Origin: Acidobacteriota bacterium
Lineage (GTDB): Bacteria; Acidobacteriota; UBA6911
Direction: 5' to 3'
Assembly: GCA_963664705.1 (NCBI GenBank)
Contig: OY761556.1
Coordinates: 1,568,001 to 1,632,000 of the forward strand
Length of the DNA: 64,000 nt
Shown: in pieces, positions 21,232-32,123 of the stretch
How positions within the stretch are numbered: the first letter of the stretch is position 1
Layout of the letters: every line of letters begins with the position of its first letter
Translations under genes and position numbers: made by a program
The notes under the pieces: generated by a model
Databases searched by the model: none
Told to the model about the DNA's origin: nothing
The model's input: the letters and a program-made list of their open reading frames with translations, nothing else

Positions 21232-23811
21232 TTGAAAACCAAACTTGGTGTCTTGGCATTCTTCGTTTTGCTGGTGACAAACCACGCTGTCTCTCAATCG
21301 GTCAACAACTACTATCTCCCTCAGGTTGCAAACGGAACCTATAATGGCGGGAGCTTTCGCACGTCTTTCGTGTTTTTCAACAACACCAGTTCGTCGGCAA
21401 CCGTGATCATGAGCTTGACCAATGATTCCGGGAGCTCATTCAGCGTGACGATACCCGGGCTGGGAACGAGCAACCAGTTTACATTCCAACTGGCGGCGGG
21501 AGCGAGCCGGACGCTCCAGACTGATGGCACCGGGCCGCTGACCGTAGGGGCTGCGCAAATACTTTCGACGGCAGCGATAGGAGTGTCAGGCATCTTTACC
21601 ATTTACGATGACCAGGGTGGATTTCTGACCGAGTCCGGCGTTGGTAACTCATCCCCATTGACCGATTTCGTGATCCCGGTCCAAAACGGAGGCAATTACA
21701 GTACCGGTCTTGCGCTGTACAACCCGAACGCGACTGCTTCCTATACCGCGATTCTGCTTGATACAAACGGAGCCGAATTGGCACGAACCACAAAAAGTCT
21801 TGCCAGCGGTGCGCACTCTGCGTTCTTTGTGACGGGAAGTGGGCAGCTTTTTCCCAGCGTTGGGGATGTCCAGGGGACGCTCGTCATTCAAAGCACTGTG
21901 GCTATTTCAGCCGTGGTTCTCCGGCAGAGTTCAACGCCATTTGGTTTCACGAGCCTACCCGTAGTTTCCAAGTCATCCGTCAAGACCAGTCTCAATCTTG
22001 CCCAGGTTGCCAACGGATCGAATGGCGGAGGAAGCTTCCGAACTTCCTTCATGCTATTCAGCATAGCTTCGAGCACTGCCAACGTTACAATGGAATTGAC
22101 AAAGGATGATGGCAGCCCGCTCTCCGTTACGATCCCGGGTCGGGGCACCGGAAGCAGCTTTTCGTTCGCGCTTCAGAATGGAAAATCCCTATTCCTGCAA
22201 ACGGACGGCAATGGAAGCCTTTCCACCGGAGCCGCCAGGATAACTTCGGATGTCCCGATTGGGGCCACCAGCATTTTCACCGTGTATGACGTAGGTGGCA
22301 ATTTCCAGACGGAGGCCGGAGTTGGCGATTCGCCTGCCTTGACCCAATTCACGCTGCCTGCCGACTTGACCGGGAACTTTGACACGGGCGTTGCCTTCTT
22401 CAACCCAAACGCATCTTCGGTCACGGTCACGCTTCGATTCATGAATACGAATGGAGAAAACAACGGTCTGACGCCGCAGGTCACTCTCCCTGCGAAAGGA
22501 CATAGCGCCGCTTTCGTTTCCCAGTTCTTTCCCGGCCTTGGCAGCGTCCAGGGGACTGTCGCTATTTCCTCAACCTCGGCGATTGCGGCCGTGACTTTAC
22601 GACAGAATTCGGACCCTTTCGGTTTTACAACTCTGCCCGTCGTGTCAGGAACTGCGCCTGGAACCACGGCAACAAAAACTCTCTTGTCCCAGACTCAGAC
22701 CGGTGTGAGTGCCACATCCAATACCACGGTCGACAAAACGTTGCCATCAGGATTCAAACTGTCCGGAACGATATCGGGAGGAACGGGTTCGATCGTGACC
22801 GCACAATCCGGCAGCAATCTCTATTATGGAATTGTACTCTCCGGCAAATATGTTGTGGTTCTCCCCGCGGGAACTTACACGGTTAAAGTACTGTTCTCTC
22901 CGGTGAGCCAGACCACAAGCATCATGTCTTACAGCCGCCCCGGGCAGGTGCCGGTTTCGGCGGACACAACACTGGATATTGCGGTTCCAGTCCCGACTCT
23001 CTTTGCGATTTCGGGAACAGTTTCCAACATGGCCGGTATCCCTTCATCGGCGGTCCCTGAACTTGTGCTGACCACCAACGATAATTCAATAGAAAGCCTG
23101 ATCCCCATTACCAATGGCGCGTACCAGGGATCCGTGCCCGCGGGGTCCTATGTTGTCAGCCTTCAGGCGTTGGCTCTTGCATCCGGAGCATCATCGGAAG
23201 AAATGAATGCATACAACATTGGAACAGTGACCGTCAGCGGTATTACGACGGCCAACTTTGCGGCGCCAAACCTTGTGACGCTAAATGGCAGCTTCAACAC
23301 GGTGACGCCATGGGCTTCCCTGGGAGGCGATGTAGAGGCAACCGACACATCCGGACCGGCAATCGATCCTTTCGCCTACCTCGCTCCGCCCCGGACAAGC
23401 GCGGTGCCCTTCCTAAAAACAGCACTTTCATATCAGCTGCTGTTGGCGCAAAACAGAACTTACGGAGTGAGACTGATTCACTCCATTTCCGGCAGCAATC
23501 CGACGGTCGCGCTGGGAAGTATCTACCTCCCGATCACGGTCAGCACCGTAAATATGAGTGGAAACAACAGCTATAACTTCACTGTGCCGGCTCTTCCGGG
23601 GCAGGTTACCATTTCCGGACATGTGACCGATGGGACGGGAACGGCGGTCGCCCATGTATCGGTGACCGCATCCACGGAATCGATTACAGGGGCTTCGAAT
23701 ACAGGCTTTGCCGCGAATGGGACGACTGACAGCAGCGGCAACTATAGCTTCAACGTTTTGAGCGGTACCAATTACCAGCTGATCTTTACGCCTCCGAGCC
23801 CAACACCTTAG
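21232..23811 (+). CDS. Secreted beta-rich protein with a duplicated N-terminal module and carboxypeptidase-regulatory-like domains
   Basis: TTG start with AAGGAGG RBS and signal peptide. Two copies of LxQVANG...FRTSF...LQTDG...EAGVGxS...TGxAxxNPN; C-terminal ISGHVTDGTG...TTDSSGNYSF. Confidence 0.8.
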   Translation: MKTKLGVLAFFVLLVTNHAVSQSVNNYYLPQVANGTYNGGSFRTSFVFFNNTSSSATVIMSLTNDSGSSFSVTIPGLGTSNQFTFQLAAGASRTLQTDGTGPLTVGAAQILSTAAIGVSGIFTIYDDQGGFLTESGVGNSSPLTDFVIPVQNGGNYSTGLALYNPNATASYTAILLDTNGAELARTTKSLASGAHSAFFVTGSGQLFPSVGDVQGTLVIQSTVAISAVVLRQSSTPFGFTSLPVVSKSSVKTSLNLAQVANGSNGGGSFRTSFMLFSIASSTANVTMELTKDDGSPLSVTIPGRGTGSSFSFALQNGKSLFLQTDGNGSLSTGAARITSDVPIGATSIFTVYDVGGNFQTEAGVGDSPALTQFTLPADLTGNFDTGVAFFNPNASSVTVTLRFMNTNGENNGLTPQVTLPAKGHSAAFVSQFFPGLGSVQGTVAISSTSAIAAVTLRQNSDPFGFTTLPVVSGTAPGTTATKTLLSQTQTGVSATSNTTVDKTLPSGFKLSGTISGGTGSIVTAQSGSNLYYGIVLSGKYVVVLPAGTYTVKVLFSPVSQTTSIMSYSRPGQVPVSADTTLDIAVPVPTLFAISGTVSNMAGIPSSAVPELVLTTNDNSIESLIPITNGAYQGSVPAGSYVVSLQALALASGASSEEMNAYNIGTVTVSGITTANFAAPNLVTLNGSFNTVTPWASLGGDVEATDTSGPAIDPFAYLAPPRTSAVPFLKTALSYQLLLAQNRTYGVRLIHSISGSNPTVALGSIYLPITVSTVNMSGNNSYNFTVPALPGQVTISGHVTDGTGTAVAHVSVTASTESITGASNTGFAANGTTDSSGNYSFNVLSGTNYQLIFTPPSPTP

Positions 23812-23869
23812 GCGATGGGCCTCCCTGCGGTCCTTGAGATCGCACGGCAGAGTGCTGTTTGCCGTCCCG

Positions 23870-23913
23870 GACAGCTCGACACGGTCAGGCTTATTGGACC
23901 GGGTCGAGCTGTC
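23870..23913. repeat. Intergenic hairpin (REP-like or terminator)
   Basis: GACAGCTCGACACGGTC pairs with GACCGGGTCGAGCTGTC. Confidence 0.55.
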
Positions 23914-24050
23914 GGGGCCTCCCCAGGTGATTTGTCGTAGCTGAAGAGACTGCCCCGCCTGCATTTCCTGTCTCCTGTTTCCTGTTTCCTGTCTCCTTGC
24001 TCCTTATTCCTTGCTTCGTGGTAGATTTTACTGGAGTGACCGAGCCATTT

Positions 24051-24815
24051 ATGTCAGAGACAAAGCGTGTCGTGGCGTTGGGTGCAAGCAATCTCTCTCG
24101 AGGGATCAGCACGTTAACAAAGCTGGCTAGCGCAGCTTGGGGCCCGAAGACTCAGGTTCTGGCGGCGCCGGGATATGGGCGTTCCTATGGCAGCTGCAGC
24201 AGAGTCGGGTTCCGTACGCTTCCTGGCATCCTGGACTCAGGCCTGTGGCGGACACTTGATTCCATGCCCGCGGCCTCAACCAAGGCAATTGTGACGGATG
24301 TTGGGAACGACATCCTGTATGGTTTTTCCGTGGAAACAATTATGGCTTGGGTGGAGGAGGCCATCGATCGTCTGCAACGAATCACACCTGACATCACGGT
24401 AACGAGTCTTCCCCTGGATAGTATTCGACAGTTATCCCGCCTCAAGTATTTTGTTGTTCGATCCATTTTGTTTCCAGGCGGCACGACGCCGCTCGCGCGT
24501 TTGATCGAATGTGTCGAGGAAATCAATGCGGGACTTGCCATGATGGCTGCCGGTCGCGACATCCGATTGCTGGCGCCAAATCCATTATGGTATGGCATCG
24601 ACCCGATTCATATTCGGCGATGCTTTTGGATTTTGGCATGGAATGAAATGTTGGGTACCAGCGTGAATTCAGCGGATTCTATCCGTAATCTTGATCTGAA
24701 TCGACTGAAGCTGAGTTTTCTGGCTCCGGAGCATCGTTGGTTCTTTGGATTTGAGCAATGGACTCGACAGTCGGGGTATCTTCTTTCCCCAGGAGGTCGC
24801 CTTTGGCTGTTCTAG
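24051..24815 (+). CDS. SGNH/GDSL hydrolase-like protein
   Basis: Block I ALGASNL, block III DVGND, block V DPIH. Confidence 0.7.
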   Translation: MSETKRVVALGASNLSRGISTLTKLASAAWGPKTQVLAAPGYGRSYGSCSRVGFRTLPGILDSGLWRTLDSMPAASTKAIVTDVGNDILYGFSVETIMAWVEEAIDRLQRITPDITVTSLPLDSIRQLSRLKYFVVRSILFPGGTTPLARLIECVEEINAGLAMMAAGRDIRLLAPNPLWYGIDPIHIRRCFWILAWNEMLGTSVNSADSIRNLDLNRLKLSFLAPEHRWFFGFEQWTRQSGYLLSPGGRLWLF

Positions 24816-25013
24816 TCCGTTCCCGCATCGAGCGTTCCTTCTAGTGCAAATAAACTACCATGCGAACAAACTAGTTGACCCGCATCAGAAAAACGATTAG
24901 GCTGGCCCCAAAGATTAGTCTGCAATTGGATGATTTTGGGAATGACTTGTCCATATGCAGATTTCCAGCTGTCGAGTGTAGGCTCTTAACATCTTTAGAC
25001 CGGAGAAACCCGA

Positions 25014-28000
25014 ATGCATAAGTGTCTTGTGGTGCGGGGCAGTATTGTCTTTTGGGCGCTGCTGGTGTTTTTGTTGGGCGTCCATTCTGTCGACTTAAAA
25101 GCACAGGCTGAAAAAGCAACCCTTTCCGGAACTGTTTTGGATGTCAGCGGCGCGGTAGTCGTTGGTGCCGCAGTGCAGGCAAAGAATGTAAAAACTGGTA
25201 TTGGCTACTCCGCCGTTACGGACGGACAGGGACGTTATATTCTTCCGGAAATGGCCGTGGGTTCCTACGACGTTTCCGCGTTGAAGGATGGCTTCCAGAA
25301 GATGGTGCAGACCGGAATTGTGCTGACCATCGGCTCGCGGCCTGTCTTGGACTTTAAGCTGGCGGTAGGCCAGCCTTCGGATACCGTCGAGGTCCAGGGA
25401 CAAACTTCCAGCGTCAATACCGAATCGGCCTCCGTGGGCGCGCTGATCGCACCTACGCAGATGGAGTTTTTGCCGCTCAATGGCCGTAATTTCACAGATC
25501 TTCTCAGCCTGGCGGCTGGAGTAGCGACTGTGCCTGCGACCGGGGGAGGCGGCGGTCAGTCCGCCACGGCCTACGGTCAATCCACCAACTACTCTGTTTC
25601 CGGTTCTCGCCCGGTGGGAATGGCCTACATGTTGGATAACACCGACATTCGCAACGCGATGGACCACGGAGCGGGCGTCAGCGTGATGGGGACTTCGCTG
25701 GGCATGGAAGCCATCCAGGAGTTCACGATTCTGACCAATACCTACAGCGCGGAATTCGGGGGGTCCGGAGCGGCGGTCAATGCCGTCACCAAGTCGGGCA
25801 CCAACGATATCCATGGTACGGCCTACGAGTACATGCGCAACAGCGCCCTGGACGCAAAGAATTACTTTGATGTCCCAGGCCAGAAGAAGCCAAGCTTCAA
25901 GAGAAATAATTTCGGTGCCTCGATCGGGGGGCCCATCAAGAAGGAAAAAGCCTTCTTCTTTTTCAACTACGAAGGCTTGCGCGCGAGCACGGGCTTGACG
26001 AGCCGCGCGGTGGTGCCTACTTCGTTGCCGGATCTCTACAAGGCCGGAGGCATGACGCAAAACAGCAGCGGCCAGTGGGCGGGCGCTTTCGGGCCCATCG
26101 ACCCGATAGTGCATCGCATATTCCAGATGTACCCGCTTGCGCAGAGTGCCTCTCAATGTCCCAATGTTGCCGGAATCAACTTCCTGCCGGGCACCGGTCT
26201 CTACTGCTCACAGGAAAAGCAGATGGGGAACGAAGACTACGTGTTGGGCCGCGTGGACTTCAAGCTGGGAACCAAGGATAGCTTGTTTGCCCGCTTTGCC
26301 AGGGAGAGCGCTTATCAGGTTCTGCCCTATGTGTACACTCAGGTGCCCGGGTGGCCGGAAGTGGACCACGAGCGCAACCAGTACCTCACCGTTGACGAGC
26401 AGCACATGTTTACACCCAAGATAATCAACGATATCCGTTTGGGGTATGTGCGGCTGTATACGCAGACGGCCAACGGCGGCATTAATGGAACCGGCACCGC
26501 CCTGCAGCAGGTCCCCGGAAGACAAGATATGGATTTTTCACCCGGCTGGGGACTGGCATCCTTGGGCCCCTCGCCTTCGAGCCCAAGCCGACCGGTTACC
26601 AACCGATTCAGCCTCGGCGACAATGTCTTTATGTCGCTGGGTGCGCATAGCCTGCGCTTCGGTGTCACCGTTACCCGCACGCAGCTGAATATGGTGTGGA
26701 ACCAATATTCCGGCGGCGCCTGGATTTTCGCAAACCTGGGTGGGGCTATCGGACCGCTGGGCGGCTCATTATACGGTATGCCACTGCTGGGTCTGACTGC
26801 GGCCGGTGACAGTTACACCTATAAAACGCCCGACGGGAAGAGTTATCCCTTCAATCCCAGCCGCTACTGGCGTCAGACCTATATGTCTCCCTTTGCTCAG
26901 TACGACTGGAAAATCACGAAGAGACTTACGTTAAATCTCGGCGTGCGCTACGAGTGGGCCAGCAACCCGACAACAGTCGGTGAACCGGTGTTCACAATTA
27001 ACAACTTGGATAAGCCGACGACGACCGAGGACAGCTTTGTCGCTGTTGAGCATCCATTTAACAGCAATCCCAACGTCAAGAATTTCGATCCGCGGATAGG
27101 CATTGCCTGGGACGTGTTCGGGAATCACAAAACTTCCATCCGCGCCGGCTTCGGCACGTTCCACGAACCTGTCACCGCGCGCACCTATGCCAATAACAAC
27201 ACGTCGTTCCGCCCGAACCAACCACTGTTCTTCCTTTTCTGGACCTCTGGTTTGTTCCCCAATCTGCCGAGCGATCCGCATCAGGTCATAAACAGCCCGC
27301 TCACGGGACCTTCCCTGGCAAATCAGCAGATTGCCTGGTACTACGCCCTCCCGAATACGGTAGATACGGCGCCTTACATGATGCAGTACAACGTGACGGT
27401 GCAGCATGAACTGGGAGCGGGAACGGTATTGACAATAGGCTACAACGGCTCCAAAGGCAAAAACCTGTTCCTGTGGTCTAATGCCAATCCTCCACTGGCC
27501 TTTTCCGATCAGTCCGCTGATTGGCAGAAGGCCAACGCTGCCAGCTGGCCCGGTGCCAACGGCTCCGGCCCGCGAGGCACAGTGGCCAATCCATTTGTAG
27601 GCATATACAGGAATCCCAACTTCAAGGCAGTGGAAGCAGTGACGCCTACGGCACACTCCACCTACAACGGCTTGCAGATCACGCTGAGCCGGCAGTTCGC
27701 CAAGAGCCTGGTGGGCACTGTCGCCTACACGCATTCCAAGTGCAGGGATAATGCCTCGGGCACCAACAGCTCGGAACAGGGCCAGTGGGCTGTCTATAAT
27801 GCCTACGACCCGGACTATGACAACGGTCCCTGCAGCTATAGTTCCGACAATGTATTTACTGCCAATGCGCTTTATCGGTTCCCTTTTAAGGGCAACCGGG
27901 CAGTGGATGGATGGCAAATTGGTACGATCATTACGCGATATACCGGCTTGCCTTTTAATGTCCAGAACCAGTTTGGGGGCCAGTATCAATCCGCAACGGG

Positions 28001-28475
28001 TGGTGCCACGGAAGGCGAGCGCCCGAATATCGTTCCCGGCTGCAATCCCATGACGAGGAAAAGGGATCAGTGGTATAACCCGGAGTGTTTCGTGTACGCG
28101 CCTTATGGCACTCTCGGAAATTCCGGACGCAATTCGCTCAACAATCCCGATTTCTTCAACATGGACTTCTCGATCGTAAAAGACACCAAGCTGAGCGAGA
28201 ATGTCAACATGCAGTTCAGGGCGGAGTTCTTCGACATCCTGAACCACCCCAACTTCTTTTTCGGCGCACAGACCTATTTGATGGGTACGGCAGGCACTGT
28301 CGCTCCGACGGATCCCCGCTACCAGTATCTCTCCAATCCGGCTGCCTATCGGAACCCCGGTGGAGCGATCTGCAATGGCGGTCAAGGCCCTTGCTATACC
28401 ACCTCAACCGGCTTGGCTTCGACCATGCCGGGGAGCCAACGTCAGATTCAGTTTGCTCTGAAACTGTTGTTCTAG
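25014..28475 (+). CDS. TonB-dependent receptor, Oar-like (carboxypeptidase-regulatory N-domain)
   Basis: LSGTVLDVSGAVV, LPLNGRNF, NTYSAEFG, TKSGTN, LNLGVRYE, PRIGIAWD, FRAEFFDILNHPNF and C-terminal RQIQFALKLLF. Confidence 0.95.
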   Translation: MHKCLVVRGSIVFWALLVFLLGVHSVDLKAQAEKATLSGTVLDVSGAVVVGAAVQAKNVKTGIGYSAVTDGQGRYILPEMAVGSYDVSALKDGFQKMVQTGIVLTIGSRPVLDFKLAVGQPSDTVEVQGQTSSVNTESASVGALIAPTQMEFLPLNGRNFTDLLSLAAGVATVPATGGGGGQSATAYGQSTNYSVSGSRPVGMAYMLDNTDIRNAMDHGAGVSVMGTSLGMEAIQEFTILTNTYSAEFGGSGAAVNAVTKSGTNDIHGTAYEYMRNSALDAKNYFDVPGQKKPSFKRNNFGASIGGPIKKEKAFFFFNYEGLRASTGLTSRAVVPTSLPDLYKAGGMTQNSSGQWAGAFGPIDPIVHRIFQMYPLAQSASQCPNVAGINFLPGTGLYCSQEKQMGNEDYVLGRVDFKLGTKDSLFARFARESAYQVLPYVYTQVPGWPEVDHERNQYLTVDEQHMFTPKIINDIRLGYVRLYTQTANGGINGTGTALQQVPGRQDMDFSPGWGLASLGPSPSSPSRPVTNRFSLGDNVFMSLGAHSLRFGVTVTRTQLNMVWNQYSGGAWIFANLGGAIGPLGGSLYGMPLLGLTAAGDSYTYKTPDGKSYPFNPSRYWRQTYMSPFAQYDWKITKRLTLNLGVRYEWASNPTTVGEPVFTINNLDKPTTTEDSFVAVEHPFNSNPNVKNFDPRIGIAWDVFGNHKTSIRAGFGTFHEPVTARTYANNNTSFRPNQPLFFLFWTSGLFPNLPSDPHQVINSPLTGPSLANQQIAWYYALPNTVDTAPYMMQYNVTVQHELGAGTVLTIGYNGSKGKNLFLWSNANPPLAFSDQSADWQKANAASWPGANGSGPRGTVANPFVGIYRNPNFKAVEAVTPTAHSTYNGLQITLSRQFAKSLVGTVAYTHSKCRDNASGTNSSEQGQWAVYNAYDPDYDNGPCSYSSDNVFTANALYRFPFKGNRAVDGWQIGTIITRYTGLPFNVQNQFGGQYQSATGGATEGERPNIVPGCNPMTRKRDQWYNPECFVYAPYGTLGNSGRNSLNNPDFFNMDFSIVKDTKLSENVNMQFRAEFFDILNHPNFFFGAQTYLMGTAGTVAPTDPRYQYLSNPAAYRNPGGAICNGGQGPCYTTSTGLASTMPGSQRQIQFALKLLF

Positions 28476-28506
28476 GTTTCAGCGTAACATCTTTAGGCCA
28501 ATTTTC

Positions 28507-28541
28507 CGGCGGCAACCTCCAAAGTTGCCGCCGTTTTTTTT
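28507..28541 (+). terminator. Intrinsic terminator
   Basis: CGGCGGCAAC-CTCCAAA-GTTGCCGCCG followed by T8. Confidence 0.9.
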
Positions 28542-28614
28542 CAGACGGAGAGGATTCCAGATTATAATGCTTCCGCATTTCCAATAGTTCTGTGTGCTAA
28601 TCCAAGGAGAATCC

Positions 28615-29199
28615 ATGAAAAGACTTATCATTGCTACTTTTCTGCTTGCAGCTCTCGTTCTGGTAAATATTTCCTGTGGCCGCAGCTCTGCGCCATCCAG
28701 CGGCGCAAATCCTGCCGCCGGCGCAAGCCAGCAGACGGCGCAGAGTGCGCCCGCCGCCTCCGCCAATCCTCTTGATCCTAAAAGTCTCATTACCGATGAC
28801 AAAGTCAACCGCTATGTCATCTATCAGAAGGAAGTCAACACAGTGGCGGACCTGGTCATGGGCCTGGCCGGCCAGGCTTACAAAAATTCCGGGGGCAGCC
28901 AAAAGGAATTTGAGCAGGGGCTGGCAAAAGATGAGCGGACCAAAAAGGTTGCGGAGGTAGAGGCGTCAGCGCTATCCAAATCCGGACTCAATCGAACGGA
29001 AGCAATGGAAATATCCAAGATTGTTTCTTCATTTACAGCGGGTGCAACAATTGGTGACGACGAAATGAAGAAGACTGCCCGCAATGAGTTCTCGACCAAA
29101 TATGGCGCGGATGCCCTGGCCATTATGGAAAAGCATCTGCCGGAGCTGTCGAAGCTGCAGGATGAAATGATGCAGGCTGCATTCGGAAAAAAGAAATAA
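28615..29199 (+). CDS. Hypothetical lipoprotein
   Basis: AAGGAG RBS, lipobox-like NISC, Ala/Ser/Pro linker and a helical domain. Confidence 0.75.
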   Translation: MKRLIIATFLLAALVLVNISCGRSSAPSSGANPAAGASQQTAQSAPAASANPLDPKSLITDDKVNRYVIYQKEVNTVADLVMGLAGQAYKNSGGSQKEFEQGLAKDERTKKVAEVEASALSKSGLNRTEAMEISKIVSSFTAGATIGDDEMKKTARNEFSTKYGADALAIMEKHLPELSKLQDEMMQAAFGKKK

Positions 29200-29334
29200 G
29201 CGTGCACCGAAAGTAAACTGGGAACGCCGCAGTTCCGGCGGCATCAGCGCTATGGAAGTAGCCGCGCTCCTGCCGGCGAGATGCGTAATGCTGCCTATTA
29301 TTTGCTCTAAGCCCTGCGACGCGAGTGAAGCAAA

Positions 29335-29622
29335 AGGCCCGGAGGGCCGGCCAGAAAGTAGCCGGGGGTGAAGCGCAGCGAACCCCCGGTAGAGATAAGT
29401 GCGGGAAAGAGCCCTGGCAGGGCGGCAGAAACGGTGAGCCCCGATCCAATGTTCAGCTTTAGGTTATGTAGAGGAACGAAAATATCTTTCGCCGCCTCCG
29501 CGGCTCCTTTAAATTTCATGCTAGCCGGGGGTGAAGCGCAGCGAACCCCCGGCTACGTTCTGACCGCCCCGCTGGGGCGGATGCAGCTTTGCTCCTGCCG
29601 GCGAGACGCGGGCGCTCCCAGT
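29335..29622. repeat. REP-like palindrome cluster (copy 2)
   Basis: Two TAGCCGGGGGTGAAGCGCAGCGAACCCCCGG units plus GCCGGCGAGACGCGGGCGCTCCCAG, between convergent genes. Confidence 0.8.
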
Positions 29623-29631
29623 GAACCTTGA

Positions 29632-31767
29632 CTACTTATTCGGCTGGCTATTTTTGTCGATACGCTTCCCGGTACTCTTGTCAAAGACCGCATTCCGAAG
29701 AAAATCCTCCGCATTCCATGGAGCCGGACCCCCTCCCAGGTACTTTTGAAACCAATCCAGATGAGCGGTGTAATAGAAGGCCATCTCGTACCAGCTCGGC
29801 CAATGTCCTGCATTGCTGTAAATGATCAGTCTGGATGGGACCTGCATTTTCTGCAGTGCGGTAAAAAACTCGAGTGATTGTGTATAGGGTACGCGGTAAT
29901 CCCTTTCTCCCGAAATGACCAGGCAGGGAGTTTTGAAATTCTTGACATAGCGATCTGGCGACCACTTGTCATAAAGGCTCGAGTTCCAGGGTTGTCCTTT
30001 AAGATCCCATTCGGGAAACCAGAGTTCTTCGGTGGCGCCAAACATGGACTTCAGGTTAAAGAGGCCCATCATGGATGCAATGGCTTTGAATCGATTCGTG
30101 TGTCCCTCGAACCAGTTCATCATATATCCGCCATAGGACCATCCCATGGCTCCCATGCGGCTGGAGTCGACATAAGGCAGCTTCTCGAGGGCATCTGTGA
30201 CCTTCATCAAGTCGTCAAATACCATGCCGCCCCAATCACCGGAAATCTCGGCGGTATAATCTTGTCCATATCCTGTGGACCCATGGGGATTGGCAAAGGC
30301 AACCACATAGCCTGCGCCCGGGTAAACCTGCCAGTCTCCTCGGAAACTGTCGGCCCACTGCGATTGCGGACCACCGTGGACATTGAGAATCAAAGGATAC
30401 TTTTTCCCCGGATCAAACCCGTGCGGCTTTGCAATGAAGACTTGGACTTTTGTTGCCCCTGCGCCTTCAACCCACATCGATTCGGCCGGACGTATATCCA
30501 CTTCTTTCTCAAGCGCCTGGTTGAAATAAGTCAAACGGGTCGGGGTTGCGGCCTTTCCGCCCGAAAGCGCCGCGCGAAAAACCTCGATCGGATCTCCTAC
30601 CGATCGGCGTGTGTAATAGATCTGATCGGCACCGGCAGTAAGTTGAAAATCGTCAATCATCCGGTCGGCCAGCACCGGGGAAACGGATCCTGAAGCGAGA
30701 TCAAGACGGTAAATTGGCGTCTGACCTTCGACTTCAGCCTGAAAGAACAAGGTTTTTGAATCCCCGGACCAGGCCAAAGCGTCGATCCAGTTCTGAAACG
30801 ACTCGGTCAGCACTTTCGAAGTTCCGTGTGCGACGTCGTAGAGTGCGAGGCGAAAGAGATCCGATTCATAGCCCGGTTGCTTCTGCAAACGGTATGCAAT
30901 GTATTTGCCGTCCGGGGAGAAAAGAGGGCTGCCGTCATAGGCCGGGTTGGCAGCCGTAAGGTTTTGAGCCGGCGCTTTGGGATCTTCGAATCGGATAAGC
31001 CAGAGATCGTTGTTCGTAGAACTTTCCGGGTTTTTATCGTGATTGGATACGTAGACGAAGGCCTTCCCATCAGGCGAGAACCCATATTGTACCGGCCCTC
31101 CAAGCTGGAACGAAGGCGAGTCGAAATCGCCGGGAGTAAGATCCTTTACTTCGCCGCCGGGGATTGTTGCCAGAAAGATGTGGCGACGTTTTCCGTCTTT
31201 CCACTCCGTCCAGTGGCGATAGAGCAGATGGTCTGCCATATGTGCATGGAGGGCTCCATCCTTCCAGCGGGTCGAGACCTTTTTGTTGCAGGCATCATCC
31301 GCACTGCACTCCGGGTAGACGTCGGTTGAAAATGCGATCGATCGGCTGTCCGGTGACCAGACGGGGTCGGAAATTCCAGTGGAAAGATGGGTTAATTGTG
31401 TGGCTTCGCCGCCGGCAAGCGGGAGCAGGTACAGATTTTCAGAGCCATCGCGCTCACTGACGAATGCGATCCACTTTCCATCAGGAGAAAACCGCGGCGC
31501 GCTTCCTCCTTTCTCTCCGGCAGTCAGGAGTTGTTGGGCGCTGCCATCCGTATTCATGCGCCAGATATGGGTAGTGCGGCGGGCGCGTGCAAGATCGGTT
31601 GTGGCAACGGCAAAAGCCAACGATTTGCTATCCGGCGCCAATTGAAGATCCGAGACTGACTGGACCCGGTAAAGGTCTTCGATGGTAAACGCCCGCTTCT
31701 GGGCATGCGCCTGTCCAGACATCAACAATAAAAGCATGGCAAGGGACAGTACTTTTTCGATTCGCAT
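29632..31767 (-). CDS. S9 family (prolyl oligopeptidase/dipeptidyl aminopeptidase-like) serine peptidase
   Basis: Signal peptide, PD40 repeats (PRFSPDGK), VHGGP, GWSYGG nucleophile, DYRVP and AGHW. Confidence 0.95.
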   Translation of the reverse strand: MRIEKVLSLAMLLLLMSGQAHAQKRAFTIEDLYRVQSVSDLQLAPDSKSLAFAVATTDLARARRTTHIWRMNTDGSAQQLLTAGEKGGSAPRFSPDGKWIAFVSERDGSENLYLLPLAGGEATQLTHLSTGISDPVWSPDSRSIAFSTDVYPECSADDACNKKVSTRWKDGALHAHMADHLLYRHWTEWKDGKRRHIFLATIPGGEVKDLTPGDFDSPSFQLGGPVQYGFSPDGKAFVYVSNHDKNPESSTNNDLWLIRFEDPKAPAQNLTAANPAYDGSPLFSPDGKYIAYRLQKQPGYESDLFRLALYDVAHGTSKVLTESFQNWIDALAWSGDSKTLFFQAEVEGQTPIYRLDLASGSVSPVLADRMIDDFQLTAGADQIYYTRRSVGDPIEVFRAALSGGKAATPTRLTYFNQALEKEVDIRPAESMWVEGAGATKVQVFIAKPHGFDPGKKYPLILNVHGGPQSQWADSFRGDWQVYPGAGYVVAFANPHGSTGYGQDYTAEISGDWGGMVFDDLMKVTDALEKLPYVDSSRMGAMGWSYGGYMMNWFEGHTNRFKAIASMMGLFNLKSMFGATEELWFPEWDLKGQPWNSSLYDKWSPDRYVKNFKTPCLVISGERDYRVPYTQSLEFFTALQKMQVPSRLIIYSNAGHWPSWYEMAFYYTAHLDWFQKYLGGGPAPWNAEDFLRNAVFDKSTGKRIDKNSQPNK

Positions 31768-32123
31768 TTTCGCTCCTTCGTTTTCTTACACAATAACTAA
31801 TAACACAAAGCGAACGGAAAACATGGCCCGAACATCGGCCGGAAAGCCTTCGGTTGCTATCGTTAGGAATATTTTGTGGAATCGGCGGCGGATTTGCAGC
31901 TGTATGCCCGCAAAAAATTCCACCAATGGCAGGATGTCTGATAAAGCGAAGTTGTTACGAAATAGGATAATCAGCGCTCCAGGCGAGCAGGCGTCTTCGA
32001 TTCTTTATGGCCGGCTGCGGCTGTGACATAATTGGGGGAACCAATGTCCCGGATGCTTCGTACTCAGAGTGACCTAATTTACGCAACCTTTGTCGTGCCG
32101 ATTCCCAAGGAGGGGATCCTTCC

